Position numbers and translations under genes: made by a program. Shown piece by piece: positions 1 through 16,170 of a stretch of 64,000 bases of DNA; position 1 is the stretch's first letter, and each line of letters starts with the position of its first letter. This stretch comes from the human T2T-CHM13v2.0 reference genome, Homo sapiens, in the NCBI RefSeq assembly GCF_009914755.1, contig NC_060927.1; one strand, given 5' to 3'. The notes beneath the pieces are model-generated. The model saw only the letters and a list, made by a program, of their open reading frames with translations. It made no database searches and was not told where the DNA came from.

Positions 1-1991
1 CTTAAGTTATAACGACAATTGTTACTTCCGAGTTATCACTCTCTACAAGTAAAGATTCTAGTATTTTTCTTCATTTGATACTAAATACATGTAGCTAGAA
101 AGAAATTCACTCAACTTAAAAAAAATGGTACCCTTCATAAAAGTATATCAAGGCATAAGCTTTACTTGAATAGGGGTGTGTTTTCTATTTAATGGCCTTT
201 GTCTATCATTTACATTATTTAAATCTTTCTCACACTATAGCCCCTCTCTGGCTAAAATGTTCTATTTGGAGATCTTGAAATACGCCACGTACTCCATGCC
301 TTTTTGTTTCCTTGCCTGATAAACACCTACTCAACCTCCAGTGTCCAGCTCAAATGTCGTCTGCTCAGTGGAGCTTTGCCCAACTCCTACAGCCAAAGCT
401 AATTACTCCCACCTCACTGTTTCCATAGCAATGTGTTGATATCCTTATTATAGCACTCTGCATCATGGTTAAGATGGCGGTTTATGCTTTGGCTTCCCCT
501 TTTAGATCGTGAGGTCAGGAATCATCTTTTTGTTTACGTAGCTGAGAATAATGCCTGGCACAACAGTACAAGTTTGCTGATGAACAAATGAGTGTATAAG
601 ACAAAGAAGAAATACTCCATACAGTAGTTCTGTTTCTTGGCATATCACATCTTCTGTAACACATCACTATTTTCCCCATCATTACTACTTTACTAACATT
701 GCTGGTTAGGAGGAAACACATGATTTTTCTCCATTTTAGCAAGTATAGACTAGTCATTCGATAAAAAACCCTTTTATTCTATCTTGCTTTCTGTTCAGAG
801 AAATTCTTAGGCTAAGGATAGTCTTCTAGAAGATGTTCATCCTCTCTCATCAACTGTACAACTAATTACAGGTATCTCGAAATTTTAAATTTTATCTCTA
901 TTTTTATGCATTTCTTTAGCTAAAGAAGAAAATTCCAAAATTTAGAATAATCCTGTAAGTTACTAATACAAAAATACCTCAACTTTTTTAGTATTAGACA
1001 ATGTGATATAAATGGAGTATTTCTATGTTTAAGCAGCAAGATAAGTTTTTGAACAAAAACTTATGATTGAAAAAGAGAAAAGCAGAGACCTTATCTCTGT
1101 ATGTTTTTGGTAATTTGATTAATGCCTAGTACAGTGACAGCATGTAACAGATGCTCATAAACACTAGCAGCTGTTTATATGTGACTCACTTTTTTAATCT
1201 ATCCAATATATTTTACAAGTGAACAAGTTCCCACTCAAGTATCTTGGTAAATTAACTTTAAAAGCTTCCTATAAGTTAATTAATTCCTATGAAAATCTAT
1301 CAAGAATATGATCAGATCTACTGAGGTCATGTGAATAGCTTTAAGTTTATTTTGGTGTGTTTCTAAGGAGCAGGCAGTTTTAAAGCAAAGCCTCTTATTT
1401 GTTACTGATAGCATGTGACGATAATATGCAACTTGGTATAAATGAACTGCTATAGTCCTAACCTCTACTTAATTATTTTTTTAAGATACAGAGAAGAAAT
1501 AACCAATATTGCTGCTCAATCATCCACATTCTTTGAAGTGAATGCCTGTTAGATGTTTAGCTTTCTGAAACTTTGAACTAAATCTATTATACTCCCTAAA
1601 TAGCCTGTATTTAATGGGCAATCAATACACATCTGTGAAGGAATTAATTCACAATATAATGTATTTATATATACAGTATCAAATAGAATATATATGTATA
1701 TATGTTCATGCAAAAATCAGTCATATGGATTGATCATACATTTGATTATTTTTTCCCATGAAAGAATTAAATTCATCCTCTTTGATGAAAACAGATACTT
1801 CCTTGATATAAATGCAAGAATTTCTAGTGGACTTTTGATTACATATTGGGGACAGAATTTTCTTTTCCAGGTTATAGGATTACTGAAAATAAGTTTGATA
1901 TATCAGTTTTCATATTTTACACAACTGAAAAATGAAGCCAATCTATATTTGTTTAAACAATGACAAAAGTTTTAAATGGTTTTATGCATTA

Positions 1992-2201
<210 letters not shown>

Positions 2202-4159
2202 TTAGTTTTTCAACATTATGAAAGATGTAAAAAAGAAAAAAGAGAAATTACTAAGCAGAGTGGTAAGAGAATCCTTCAAAATTGAAAAGAAAAAATTAGT
2301 GCCATTGGAAAATTTGGAAATTATTTTATAAATTAAATATAATCAGTATGATGTTATTATAACTCTAAACATTACTAGAGAGAAAAACAAGAAGTATGAG
2401 CTCTGACTTATATTTTTGTGATTTTGCATTCAATGAATTCATTAATTTTTATTCTTTTCTACCACCACCACTATCCCCCTACTTGGACTTCTACAATTGT
2501 CTCCTGAAGCTGACTCCCAGCTTTCAACTCTTACCTCTCCTATCCATGCTCCACATAGCAATGAAAATGACTTTTCAAAAAATGTAAACTAGGATATGTC
2601 ACTTTCCTGCTTAACTCACTTCAGTGACTTAAACTCCAAGCTCTTTACCACGGCTACCAGGGCCTTATGTGATGGTTCACCCTGCTTGCTTCTCCAGCCA
2701 GATCTTCTGTTACTCTTCCCTTTCATTTCTACACTCACATCACATTACTTTTCCTTTAGTTCCTCAAAAAGGTCCAGCTCATTTTGCCTCACGGCTTTGA
2801 CACATGCTGCTTACTTTGTCTAGGATGCTGTTTTCTACTCTCCACATACTGGATTCTTTCTCATCCTGAGTCCTCAACCATTTCCTCAGTGTCCTTTCCT
2901 AGTTCCCTAAGCTAGGAGAGCAGCTGAGAGGTATAGCATGAAACAGTCTTCTTCATGTGTAAAATTATTACAAAAGCTTGTATTTTAACCTTAAAATCCC
3001 AGGCAATCTTTGCATTCTAGTCCAAAATAACATTAATATTTTATAAAATATTTTAATTCTAAGATTAAAATAAAACTTTTCTTTCTGGAAATGATAGTAC
3101 CAATGTTTCTTCTGTTTCCAATTGATTGCAAGATTAATTCCAAAAGTATTTAGGATTAATGTTTTTCTATTTACTTTTAAAACAAACATCCATTTCTAAA
3201 GGAAAAAATGATTTCTTTTTAAATCCATGGCCCTAAAATGGTCTCCAGCAATTAAGAAACTTAAAAAAAATTTCAAAAGGGAAAACAATGTGGTATGCAA
3301 CCCAATTCATATTTTTAAAGTTAATCAACTTCCATGCCATGCAAGAGATAGCACACCCATGCATAAAAAGAAATGAAGACCTAAATAATATCCATGTTTT
3401 AAATTGAACACAGCTGCGAATTAAATTAGCTCTTTTTAACTGGCTGTATTTAGATTTATACTTGTAACACACTGCATTGGCAGTGATTTGAATTATTTGT
3501 TGAATTTGGATCTTGTAATCCTATGGCTGAACCAACACTTTTAACTGCCCGCTACAGACGATGGGATAAATTAAAAAGCAAACATAAAATTTATTAGTGA
3601 TAATTCACTCCTTTAAAACATATTCTGTTACTAGAGAAATGAACTGTAACAATGGCAAATTTAGAAAAAGTAGATAAATACAACTTTAATTTGTTTGGAA
3701 CTGCTTGATACTGATATTGTGATGAGTTATTTTTCTTTCAAGCATTTTTCATTGCAAATTTCCTAAACATTTTATTAAATGCTCTCCAGTGACTCAACTT
3801 TAGCTCCCTAAGGGCAAAGGACAGTCTATTATACTGCCCTAATGCCTGTTACAAAGCCTAGCACACTGATTTTTACCTAGTCCCTTAACTTTAGGACCTA
3901 CCTATGGAAATTATATTTCCATTGTTATTTAATTTTGGAAGATTAATCATGTGGTATCTTAAAATAAATTTTAATATAACAGTAATCATGCCACCAACAA
4001 TTTCTAGCCAATATCAGATATATGCAAGCATATACCAAGAAATAAACACTTTCATCAGCTGAATTCCCCAAATTCTGTATTTTCTCCACTCCATAAAGTT
4101 TTCATCTGGAGAGGAAAAACGTAAAACAGCATTCTTTTAAATGCATTAGAATCTCATTT

Positions 4160-4950
4160 TAAAAGACCTAAATAAGCACTTCACAAAAGAGAATGAGGAT
4201 ATCCAAAAGTTTAAAGAACAGGCATTCACCATAATTAGTCATCACCAAAATGCAAATTAAAATCACGATACTACTATACGCCACCAGAACTGCTAAAATG
4301 AAAAGATAGACAATACCAAGTGTACACAAAGATGTCGAAAAACTTCATATACTGCTGGTGAGAGTATAAGCTGGCATAACCATTTTGAAAAACTGTTTGG
4401 CAATATGTACTAAAGCTGAATATACTCATACTCTATTACCTAGCAATTCCACTCCTAGGTATACATCCAACAAAATGCCTAAACATATTCACTGAAAACG
4501 TGAATATAAATGTTCAGAGCAGCACCATTTATATCAGCCAAAACTAGAAATAACCCAAATAGCCATCAACAGTGAAAAATTACATTCATACAATAAATTA
4601 TACAGCAATGAGAACATACCATACACGTTGCAACATGTATCTCACTGACACAAAGTTACACAAAACAAGCTATATACAAAACAGTACATGCTATATGATT
4701 CCATTTTATAAAGCACAATAACAGGCAAAACTAATATATGATGTTAGAAGCCAGAATAATGATTACTTTCGAGGGTGTAAGGCAGTGGGGAAAGAAACTC
4801 ACGCTTGTTTCTACGGTTCCAGTGATCTATTTCTTATTCTGGTTGGCGATTACATGGGTGTTAAATTTGTAAACATTCATTAAGCTGTACATTTATAATT
4901 TGTGCATTTTCCTGTATATTCTTCAGTAAAAGTTACACTGCACTAAAAAT
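4160..4950 (+). mobile_element. Ancient L1M 3' fragment
   Basis: AAATGCAAATTAAAA, CTAGCAATTCCACTCCTAGGTAT and ATGATTCCATTT motifs. Confidence 0.75.
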
Positions 4951-5168
4951 TTACATAAGGTAAAAAAAATGTTAAGTCCCATTTTAAAAATGCTTTGCTA
5001 ACTCTTACACGATAATGCTATGTAAATCAATTACTGGTTCTCTTCAAATGTTTGCATTTTAAAATAATTACTCTCAAGTTAACTGAAAGGTCATAGTCAA
5101 TGCAGTTGGAGGATAGTATAGGAAGAGCATAGTATATGAAGCAGGAAAGTAAAAGGATCATCATGCTA

Positions 5169-5438
<270 letters not shown>

Positions 5439-6328
5439 TTAAGAGGTCTTGAAACAAGTACTGAATTTTATTTTCAAACATATATTATTCAGAAAATAAA
5501 AAGGACACTGTGGAAAACTTAAATAATTTTATAAATTTTATGTTGGGAAATCATTTAACACCTATTTCCAACTCTCCATGAGCTCTACTGTCCTAGATTT
5601 ATTTATAATGAAGGTAGCAACTTCTGTTTCTGGATATGATAGACTGGCTTGTGTCAGAATGTCTTACTGAGAAAAGCTAGAAAAGCTAGTGGAAACACAC
5701 AAACAGAACACTCACATATAAACACCTGTTTGAGTGCAACAGAAAGCTGTAAAGGCAGCCAGAACTTGAGAAGTCAAGATTCCAAGAGAAGAAAAGAATT
5801 GAGGTGAAGGGCACATACTGCACCTCTTTTCCCTTCCAGTCATTTGTCAATTATTAAGTGGCATGAGAAGAGGCTGAGAAGCCAAGGACAAAATAGTGAC
5901 TAAAGTGCTGGAAATCAAAGCAGAATTTTTAGCAGAATCACAGTGCTGGGGTAAAAATAAACTGAGGGTCAGAGTGTTCTAATGCAAGGGGATCTAGCAA
6001 ATAATCCAGGTTTTCAGGTAGAGATCTCCGAAGGGCTACACATTAGGAGTAAGTGCAGATTCAAAATAGACTGAAACCTCACCTGGAATCATTATCACTG
6101 ATTGGATTAATGTGCTCTGCCCTGTTCTAACTGCCTGCTACAGCAAAATTCACTGCTTATTTTTTAATTTATGAAAAAAACCCACATGTATAGAGTTAAA
6201 AATTTCAATACTATCAAAGGGGTATAAAACAAAAATTGAACCTTTCATCTTGGAACTCCAGTTCCTCCTCTCAGAAGTAGTCATTGTTAATAACTTCCTG
6301 TGCCTTGCTTCAGAAATTTCCTCACATG

Positions 6329-6331
<3 letters not shown>

Positions 6332-6379
<48 letters not shown>
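6332..6379. repeat. (GT)24 microsatellite
   Basis: Uninterrupted dinucleotide run. Confidence 0.97.
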
Positions 6380-6383
<4 letters not shown>

Positions 6384-6713
6384 ACATACATAATACATAA
6401 ATATGAGTCTGTGTCATATCCAAGGCACAGTTACACTGATAAATAAGACAACACATTTTTTGTCAGGTACTACCAATACTGAAATTTTGTTTCATAGAAC
6501 TTTGAAATGAGACAGTTTAATCCAAAATAACTCATAATATTTAAAATGAGTCCGCAAAATTTTCAATGAACAAAAAGAATATTTTTATTCTTTAATATTC
6601 AAAAAGAATATTAAAATATTCTTGCTTATAAAACAATGCTACTACTTTAAGAATTTCAATAGGCTAATAAACGGCTATTCTCGATTACATAAAAAATGTC
6701 AACTGTTCTTTCA

Positions 6714-6872
<159 letters not shown>

Positions 6873-6939
6873 TTAACAAGATTACAACCATCAACCTTTA
6901 CTTACTAAATACCTAGAATGTATGTAATTTTTAAATGCA

Positions 6940-7232
<293 letters not shown>

Positions 7233-7283
7233 TAAATGCAATTTTTAGAATACTATCCTTTGTTTAAAATTTAAAAGTCATGG

Positions 7284-7600
7284 GGCCTGGTGCAGTGGCT
7301 CATGCCTGTAATCTCAGCACTTTGGGAGGCTGAGGTGAGCAGATCACCTGAGGTCAGGAGTTGGAGACCAGCCTGGCCAACATGGTGAAACCCCGTCTCT
7401 ACTGAAAAAAAACAAACAAAAAAAATTAGCCAGGTGTGGTGGCATGTGCTTGTAATCCCAGTTACTCAGGAGGCTGAGGCAGGAGAATCGCTTGAACTTG
7501 GGAGGCAGAGGTTGCAGTGAGCTGGGATCATGCAACTGCACTCCAGCCTGGGCAAGAGGGTGAGACTGTCTCGAAAAATTAAAATAAAATAAAATAAAAC
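7284..7600 (+). mobile_element. AluS
   Basis: Full dimer with (TAAAA)n tail. Confidence 0.93.
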
Positions 7601-7789
7601 GTAAAAGCCTATAAAATAAACGGAAGAGAATACGTCACTTATTCATTCCTAAGCAGTTGATAGTTTAACCAGAAACGCTATGATAAAAAAGTGAAAATTT
7701 CAAAACATTACCTTTTTAAAATGTATCTGCAAAGCTGATTCCACAAAATTCAACAAATAAAAATTTTATCCATTTTTATTGTATTAGAT

Positions 7790-8800
7790 TTATATTACAG
7801 AACTGATTTTTGATACAAGTGGAAAGACAATTCAATGGAGAAAAAATAATCTTTTCAATAAATGGTGCTAGAACAATTCATTATCCATATGTAAAAAAAA
7901 ACTTCATACACCTTGGATCATATAAAAAAATTAACTCAAAATGGATTGCAGACATAAGCATAAAACCAAAAAAAACTTCTAAAACAAAACATAGGAGAAA
8001 ATCATTGTGACCAAGGGCTAGGCAAAATTTCTTAAATATAACATCAAAAAGCACAATCCATAAAACAACCAATTGGTAAACTGAACGCCAGTTTCTTCTC
8101 TTCAAAAATCATTAAGAGCATAAAAAGACAAACTACAGATAGGGAGAAAAATCTTTGCAAAGCACATATCTGATAATGGACTTATATAAGAATATATAAA
8201 GAACTCTCAAAACCAAACAGTAAGAAAACACAATACCCAATTAAAAAAAATAAGCAAAGGGGACATATGGATGGTAAGCAAACACATAAAAAGATGCTCA
8301 GTATTATTTGTCATTAGGGAAGTACAAATAAAAACCATAATGAAATGCCACTACACACCTATTAAAGGGGATAAAATTAAAAAGTCAGATCATACTAAAT
8401 GTTAGCAAGGACATGGAGAAACTGGAAACTTACATACTGCTTGCGAAAATGTAAAATGGCACAACCACGTTGGAAAATAGTTTAGTGGTTTCTTAAAAAG
8501 TTGTATGTATATCTACCATATAATGCAGCCATTCTACTCCTAGGCATTAAGCAAAGAGAAAAGGCAGCATATGCCCATATAAAGACTTGTGTGCCTGAGT
8601 GTTCATGGCAGCTTAATTTGAAATTGTGAAAAAAACTGGGAACTACCCAAATAGCCATCAACAGGTGAAATGGTAAACTATGGCACATCCATACAATGAA
8701 TACTGATTTGCAGTGATGATTTCAGTGTATACAAATAAAACTTATCAAACTGTACAATTTAAATATATGCAGGTTATTGTATGTTAATTATACATTCATG
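7790..8800 (+). mobile_element. Ancient L1M ORF2/3' fragment
   Basis: Degenerate ORF2 translation (IIFSINGART...KKINSKWI) and 3' end motifs. Confidence 0.8.
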
Positions 8801-8809
8801 AAGCTGTCA

Positions 8810-9016
<207 letters not shown>

Positions 9017-10170
9017 TCAAGTAAGAGAAAAGAGAGCAATGGAAAAAAGACAATGAAATCAGAATGACTTTCAATAACTATACACAAACTCCTAAGAATC
9101 ATAAAGTAATGCATAATATTCTGAATTTCAGTTAATAAGTGCATTTTGTGGCACACAGGATTTTAGAATACCTGTATTAATTTCTGTCTCTTTGAAATCC
9201 TTAAAAATGTTTTTCCAATCTCCTTTAACGTGGTCAGTTTTAGGCTTAATGTGCGCTGTAACTCTTAAGAAGGTAGACATATTAAAGAGCAGCATAAAAA
9301 ATATCATCCTGAGTTTACTATCATGAAGGAGTTAATGCCACTTTTGAAACTACAGTCTCTCTCTCTGGACTTTAAGGCCCAGAACCAGCAGGAAGTCTAA
9401 TAGAATCTCTGGTCAATACATGCTTTATATTTGATTTTAAGAGAACACTAACTATTAATGGAAGGTTTCATTTAATTCTTTAGAAAATGGAAACACAAGG
9501 AAAACAACTTTTTAACATGTAGACCACACAAGTTATTTCTAAATAGGGACAACACAAATATCACATGACTTTTATTATTTCTGTATACTGTGCTTTAAGT
9601 TTATAGTTTACTAAATTTTTTACAGTAATCCCTATAGCAATGAAGATTTCTATGGTACATTATTACATGTTTTTATCCATATATAAACAGCATCACTATA
9701 AATGCCACGGTAAATTGCTAATAAAAGAAACAAGACCTAGTGTTTGATAGATCAATAGGGTGTTTACAGTTTACAATAATCCACTGCATATTTCATAATA
9801 GCTAGAAGAGAGTAATTCAAATGTTTCCAGCATAAAGACAAATATTTAAGATCTCAGACATCCCAATAATACTGATTTGCTCTGTAGAATTTATATAAAT
9901 GCATTACAAGTATCCCCCAAATATGTACATCTATTATGCATCAATAAAAAAATAAAGGGGAAAAAAAGGAATATTTATAGTGCAAAGCACCAGGCACAGT
10001 GCTAGGTGTTTTACAAAACTCTTGTGATCCCTTCAAAAAACCTGGAAGGTTGGTATTATTACTGTTTTACACAAGGCAAATGGAAGGTCAGACTGACAAG
10101 GCCAAAAAGTAACAGAGAATCATGGGCTCAGAATGTAAACCCAAACCTGCAAGCCTGCAAAGCCCTACTA

Positions 10171-10323
<153 letters not shown>

Positions 10324-10367
10324 TTAAAAAGAAAAAAAACCTTAATTATCAAAATCAAGATTTTTAA

Positions 10368-10706
<339 letters not shown>

Positions 10707-10864
10707 TTTAATTTGTTTTTAAATATTTATTTAGAAATCTAGAATATATGAGGCACAATGTTAGAACATTTGGTGAAAAATAATTAAACGGTAGTACTGC
10801 TTTCAAGGTGTTCACAATCCTGAGGAAAGGAATGAACACAAATAATTTAAATATATGGCAGAAT

Positions 10865-10919
10865 GTGATCAAACAATACAACAGGTCAGATTAGTGATCA
10901 AACAATACAACAGGTCAGA
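10865..10919. repeat. Perfect 26-bp direct duplication GTGATCAAACAATACAACAGGTCAGA, 3-bp spacer
   Basis: Copies at 10865-10890 and 10894-10919. Confidence 0.92.
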
Positions 10920-12109
10920 AAGTGGCTGGTGAGGAGAGCTTTTATTTGATCTGTGTTTTGAATAATGTAAGATTTGGAGAAGCAAATTCTCTAGGCAATT
11001 TGCCTAAAGCATTAGCACTAAAGTGGTATAGCTAGCTCACTGTATTTAAAAGGTAAACAACTTTAACAAATTACTCAACAAAAATTTTAGCTTAGTTTAA
11101 TTCAATTTTATCTAAAATATTATCTTTCTTTCTAATAATCATTTTGATTAAAATTTTACTCTTTTGAAGTATTTAAAGGTGCCTGCTAATTTGGAAGTTG
11201 TTTTTTGGGATCTATTTGTAACATTCTTTTCAGAAGTTACTCCAATTATAAAATTACCAGACAATTCAAGAACACTAAATTTTGCATTTTGTGTTGAGAT
11301 GGGTTTTGAACTGATAGAGCTGAGCAGGAAAAGTGCTGCAGCTGAGCAGAGAGGTCAGCCACGTGCTTTGGAAGGAAAGGAAACAGTGGCATAAATGAAT
11401 GGGCTCTGCGATGACAAGTCTGTTAAGCAAATGCTTAACCAAGCATTTCTTAAGCTAAATAAATGAATTTATAACTTAGGTAATTAAATTTTTTTTTTTT
11501 TTGAGACAAAGTCTCAAGTCTCACTCTGTCGCCCAGGCTGGAGCGCAGTGGCACAATCTTGGATCACTGCAACCTCTGCCTCCCAGGTTCAAGCAATCCT
11601 CCTGCCTCAGCCTCCCCATATAGAGAAGAGCTAGAGGTTAAAACAAGCACATGATTAGAAACTATGTCCTAAGCTAAAAAAAATTAGATATTTTTAAAAC
11701 GTGGTATCTTTCCTTGACTGATAATACAACCAGACTTTATAAACATTGCCAATTCAGAAAATCTGAAAACAGGCTTATAAATTAAAGAATGGAAATTAAT
11801 TTAAAATTTAAAATGTCCTTAGTTTAAAATTTAGAGATATGAGGAGTAGGTTAGGTTGGGCAGGGGAAGCACCTAACTAAAACAAACTTCTGCTAATAAG
11901 ACTGATAATAATAATGCTGATTATTGTGAGAGTGAATACAATTATGTGTTTAAAATAATCATCCGATGATAATATGGAAGGTAAAAGTATACCTCAGCAT
12001 TATTATAAGTATTGTTAGCTATCAGACAGTTAAAAATTAGGAATTAAAAAAGTAATACAAGATTTATAGCATTAAACATGTTATGACTATACTCAAGTTA
12101 TACTTTAGA

Positions 12110-12325
12110 ACAAGAGTCAACAAATTTCCTATAAAAGACAGATGGTGAATATTTCAGACTTTGTGGGTCATATCATTTCTGTCACCATTATTCAACTCTG
12201 CTTGTTGCAGCATAAAAACAGACCATAAGCAAATAAATCAGCATGGTTATGTTCTAATAAAACTTTACTTACAAAAACAGGATGTCGGCTGGATTTAGCC
12301 TGCCAGCCACGGTTTGCTCACCGGT
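12110..12325. mobile_element. MER58-like hAT-Charlie relic (second copy at about 57716-57900)
   Basis: CTTTGTGGGTCATA and TGTTCTAATAAAACTTTA motifs shared by both copies. Confidence 0.7.
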
Positions 12326-12411
12326 ATTTTAGAGGAATATATTTCTGATAATTAAATATTAAAAAGTTCATTTAGTAAAAACTCTCTTCTAACTATTTCA
12401 TTAAGAGATTA

Positions 12412-12708
<297 letters not shown>

Positions 12709-13691
12709 TTAAACTATCCAAACATATTTATTCTCAAATACGAACCTGAAAAATATGAAAACATAAGATGATTTTAAGGTTTTCACTAATAAGAGGCAAG
12801 AAGAAACTGTCATTTATTAGGCACTAGGCTGAAATACAATGACAAGTATAACTGCACATTAAAAACAGTAGAACATTTACCATTTTATATCCTCTAACTG
12901 ACATTATGCATTAACAAGTGAGCTGAACACAATGACCTCTTAGGGAACTATAGTCAGTTAGGAATTGATCCTGAAGTACAAGGGAGGTAGAAAAATAAAT
13001 TTGATTTTGAAAAACATTTAAAAATGGGATACATTGAATTTGTTATCAGGTATATACACAAGTAAACATGAAACAATCACAAAAGGCAGAAATCACAGAA
13101 TTCCAGACATTTAAAAAATCATCCTATTAGCCTTTCTATTAGGGCTTCAACTGTACAATATAATCCATCCATGGATACTCATCCCCAAACACATAAAAAC
13201 ACAACCATATCTCTAGTATATATAACAACCCTAGTAAGTTATAACATGACAGATAATATACCCACTTTTCCATAAACAGATCTCTCTTGTTCATATTCAA
13301 GACCATGGTATCTCTGGCAAGAAGGGAAGGAGAGGGAAAATCAATCTTAAAAACATATATAGGGGGTTCTCATCTCTATCTTTAATGTTTTATGATTAAA
13401 ACAGAGTGATAATAAAACATAAATATGAAGGACATATATAGCATAATGATAAAATCTAATAAAGCTTGATGTTGGTCATAGGTATATGATATATTATACT
13501 TTGTTCTTGTATTTATGTTTGATGTATTTCAAAATAAAAAACTACAGAAAAAAAAACTACAGAGAATGTAAAAAGGCCAGAAATATTTATGTTCCTGGAG
13601 GGAAAACTCAATATTTCTAAAGCTGATAACCTTCCACAAATTAATCTATAATTTAATATAATCCCAATTAAAATTATAAAATATTTTTTCA

Positions 13692-14088
<397 letters not shown>

Positions 14089-14571
14089 TCATAAGGTAAA
14101 TTTGCCTACCGTGTATCAAGACATATTATAAAACTCTAATATTTAAAACAATGTGGTATTAGTGAAGAATAAACAGATCAATGAAACAAAAGAATTCTGA
14201 AAGACAGATTTCTAAGCAAATGCACAGTATTTAATAAAGTTAGCATTTTAAAGCAGCTCTAACAGGATGGACTGTTTCAATAAATGATATTAGGACAAAT
14301 AGCTATCTATCAGATCCCTACTATAGTTCATTAAAAAAAAACTTTCTCTGGAATAATATAAAATAATAGAAGTTTATAGGTGAGTATGTTTATGTTTATG
14401 ACTTTGGGTTAGGAAGGTCTTAGGCAAGCAAGATACAAACTGTAAAATCAATAATAAAAAAATTAAATTTTCTTATGTTAAAAATAAAAACTTTTGAATT
14501 TCAAAAGCTACACTAAAGAACTCTGGGAGGAAAAATTTGTAACATGTCTAACAAAGAAAAGATAAATTTCT

Positions 14572-14869
<298 letters not shown>

Positions 14870-15667
14870 GATAAATTTCTAAATACATAAAGAACTTCTA
14901 TAAATCAGTAAGAACATTAAGAAACCCACTAGAAAAATTCACAAAGTCCATAAAAGAAATTCAATACTTTCATTAAGTGGAAACAAATATTCTTAGACAC
15001 TTCTAGTATAAATTGGAAGGCAATTTGGCAGGATCCATTATAATATAAAAGTATTACACACACTTGACATTTCAGTATCTATCCAAGAGAAATACTTGTG
15101 CATGTGTGCCAGGAGACATGGTTTACAAGAATCTCCACTGTGGTGGCATTTAGAACAGAGAAAATGGAAACAACCTCTATGTCCATCAATAGGGAATTGT
15201 ATAAATAATAGTGTATGTACAATCAAACACTATGGAGTTAAAAAGCTGTCCAATACATATTTGTAAATGAAAAACACCAAGGAGCTGAATATATATGAGA
15301 TGATAAATTTTAAATAAACCCCACACAACTTAAACTATTTTTATAGATAATTATTTAAGGTATAAATATCCAGGACAAGACATGAAAAAGAACAGAACTG
15401 AATGGCAGGGAGAGTTTGGCGTTTCCCATATAATATGAAAGCTTTCCAACAGGAAGATATTCATGAATTAGTTACATTAAAAACAAAGTTTTAGAAACAG
15501 AGGACTGTCATTCTCCTTCTCAGTCTAGTGCCTACCATGCAGCAGCTAGAGTAATCTTCTTAAAAGTACAGGCCAGATTATGTGACTTAAAAAACCCTCC
15601 AATGGGTTTCCATCTCATTCAAAATAAAATTCAAAGTCCCAACTCTTGTTCTTTCAGCTGGCTCCCC

Positions 15668-16170
15668 GTCGTAGGCTAAAAAATGGCCCTCAGAGGATAT
15701 CCATGTCCTAATCACTGTAGCCTATGAATGTAGTTACCTTATGTGGCAAAAAAAAAAAAAAAAAAAAAAAAAGGTCTTTGCAGATATTATAAAGTTAAGG
15801 ATCTCTAGATGGGGAGATTATCCTGGAATATGTGGATAAATTCAATCACAATTAACCTCATAAAAAGCAAGTAAATGGAGATTTTACACACAGAGAAGGC
15901 AATGTGAAGATGGGACAGAGAGAGATTTGAAGATGCTGGCCTTAAGACCAGACTGTTGGAGCCACAAACCAAGGACTGCCAGCAGCAACCAAAAGCTGGA
16001 AGAGGCAAAGAACAGATTCTCCCCTCCAAAAGAAGCATGGCTCTGGGGATACTTCGATTTCCCGCTGTGATAATGATTTTGGATTTCTGCCTTCTGGAAC
16101 TGTAAGAATAAATTTCTTTTTATTTCACCAAGTTTGTGGTAATTTGTTATAGTAGCCCCAGGAAACTTAA
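15668..16170 (+). mobile_element. MLT1-family MaLR LTR
   Basis: GATGGGGAGATTATCCTGGA, GCTGGAAGAGGCAA and GTGGTAATTTGTTATAG motifs. Confidence 0.75.

Noticed and set aside
6575-6623. AT-rich hairpin (TTTAATATTC-AAAAA-GAATATTAAA)
   Set aside because: Low-complexity A/T sequence; such stems arise readily by chance
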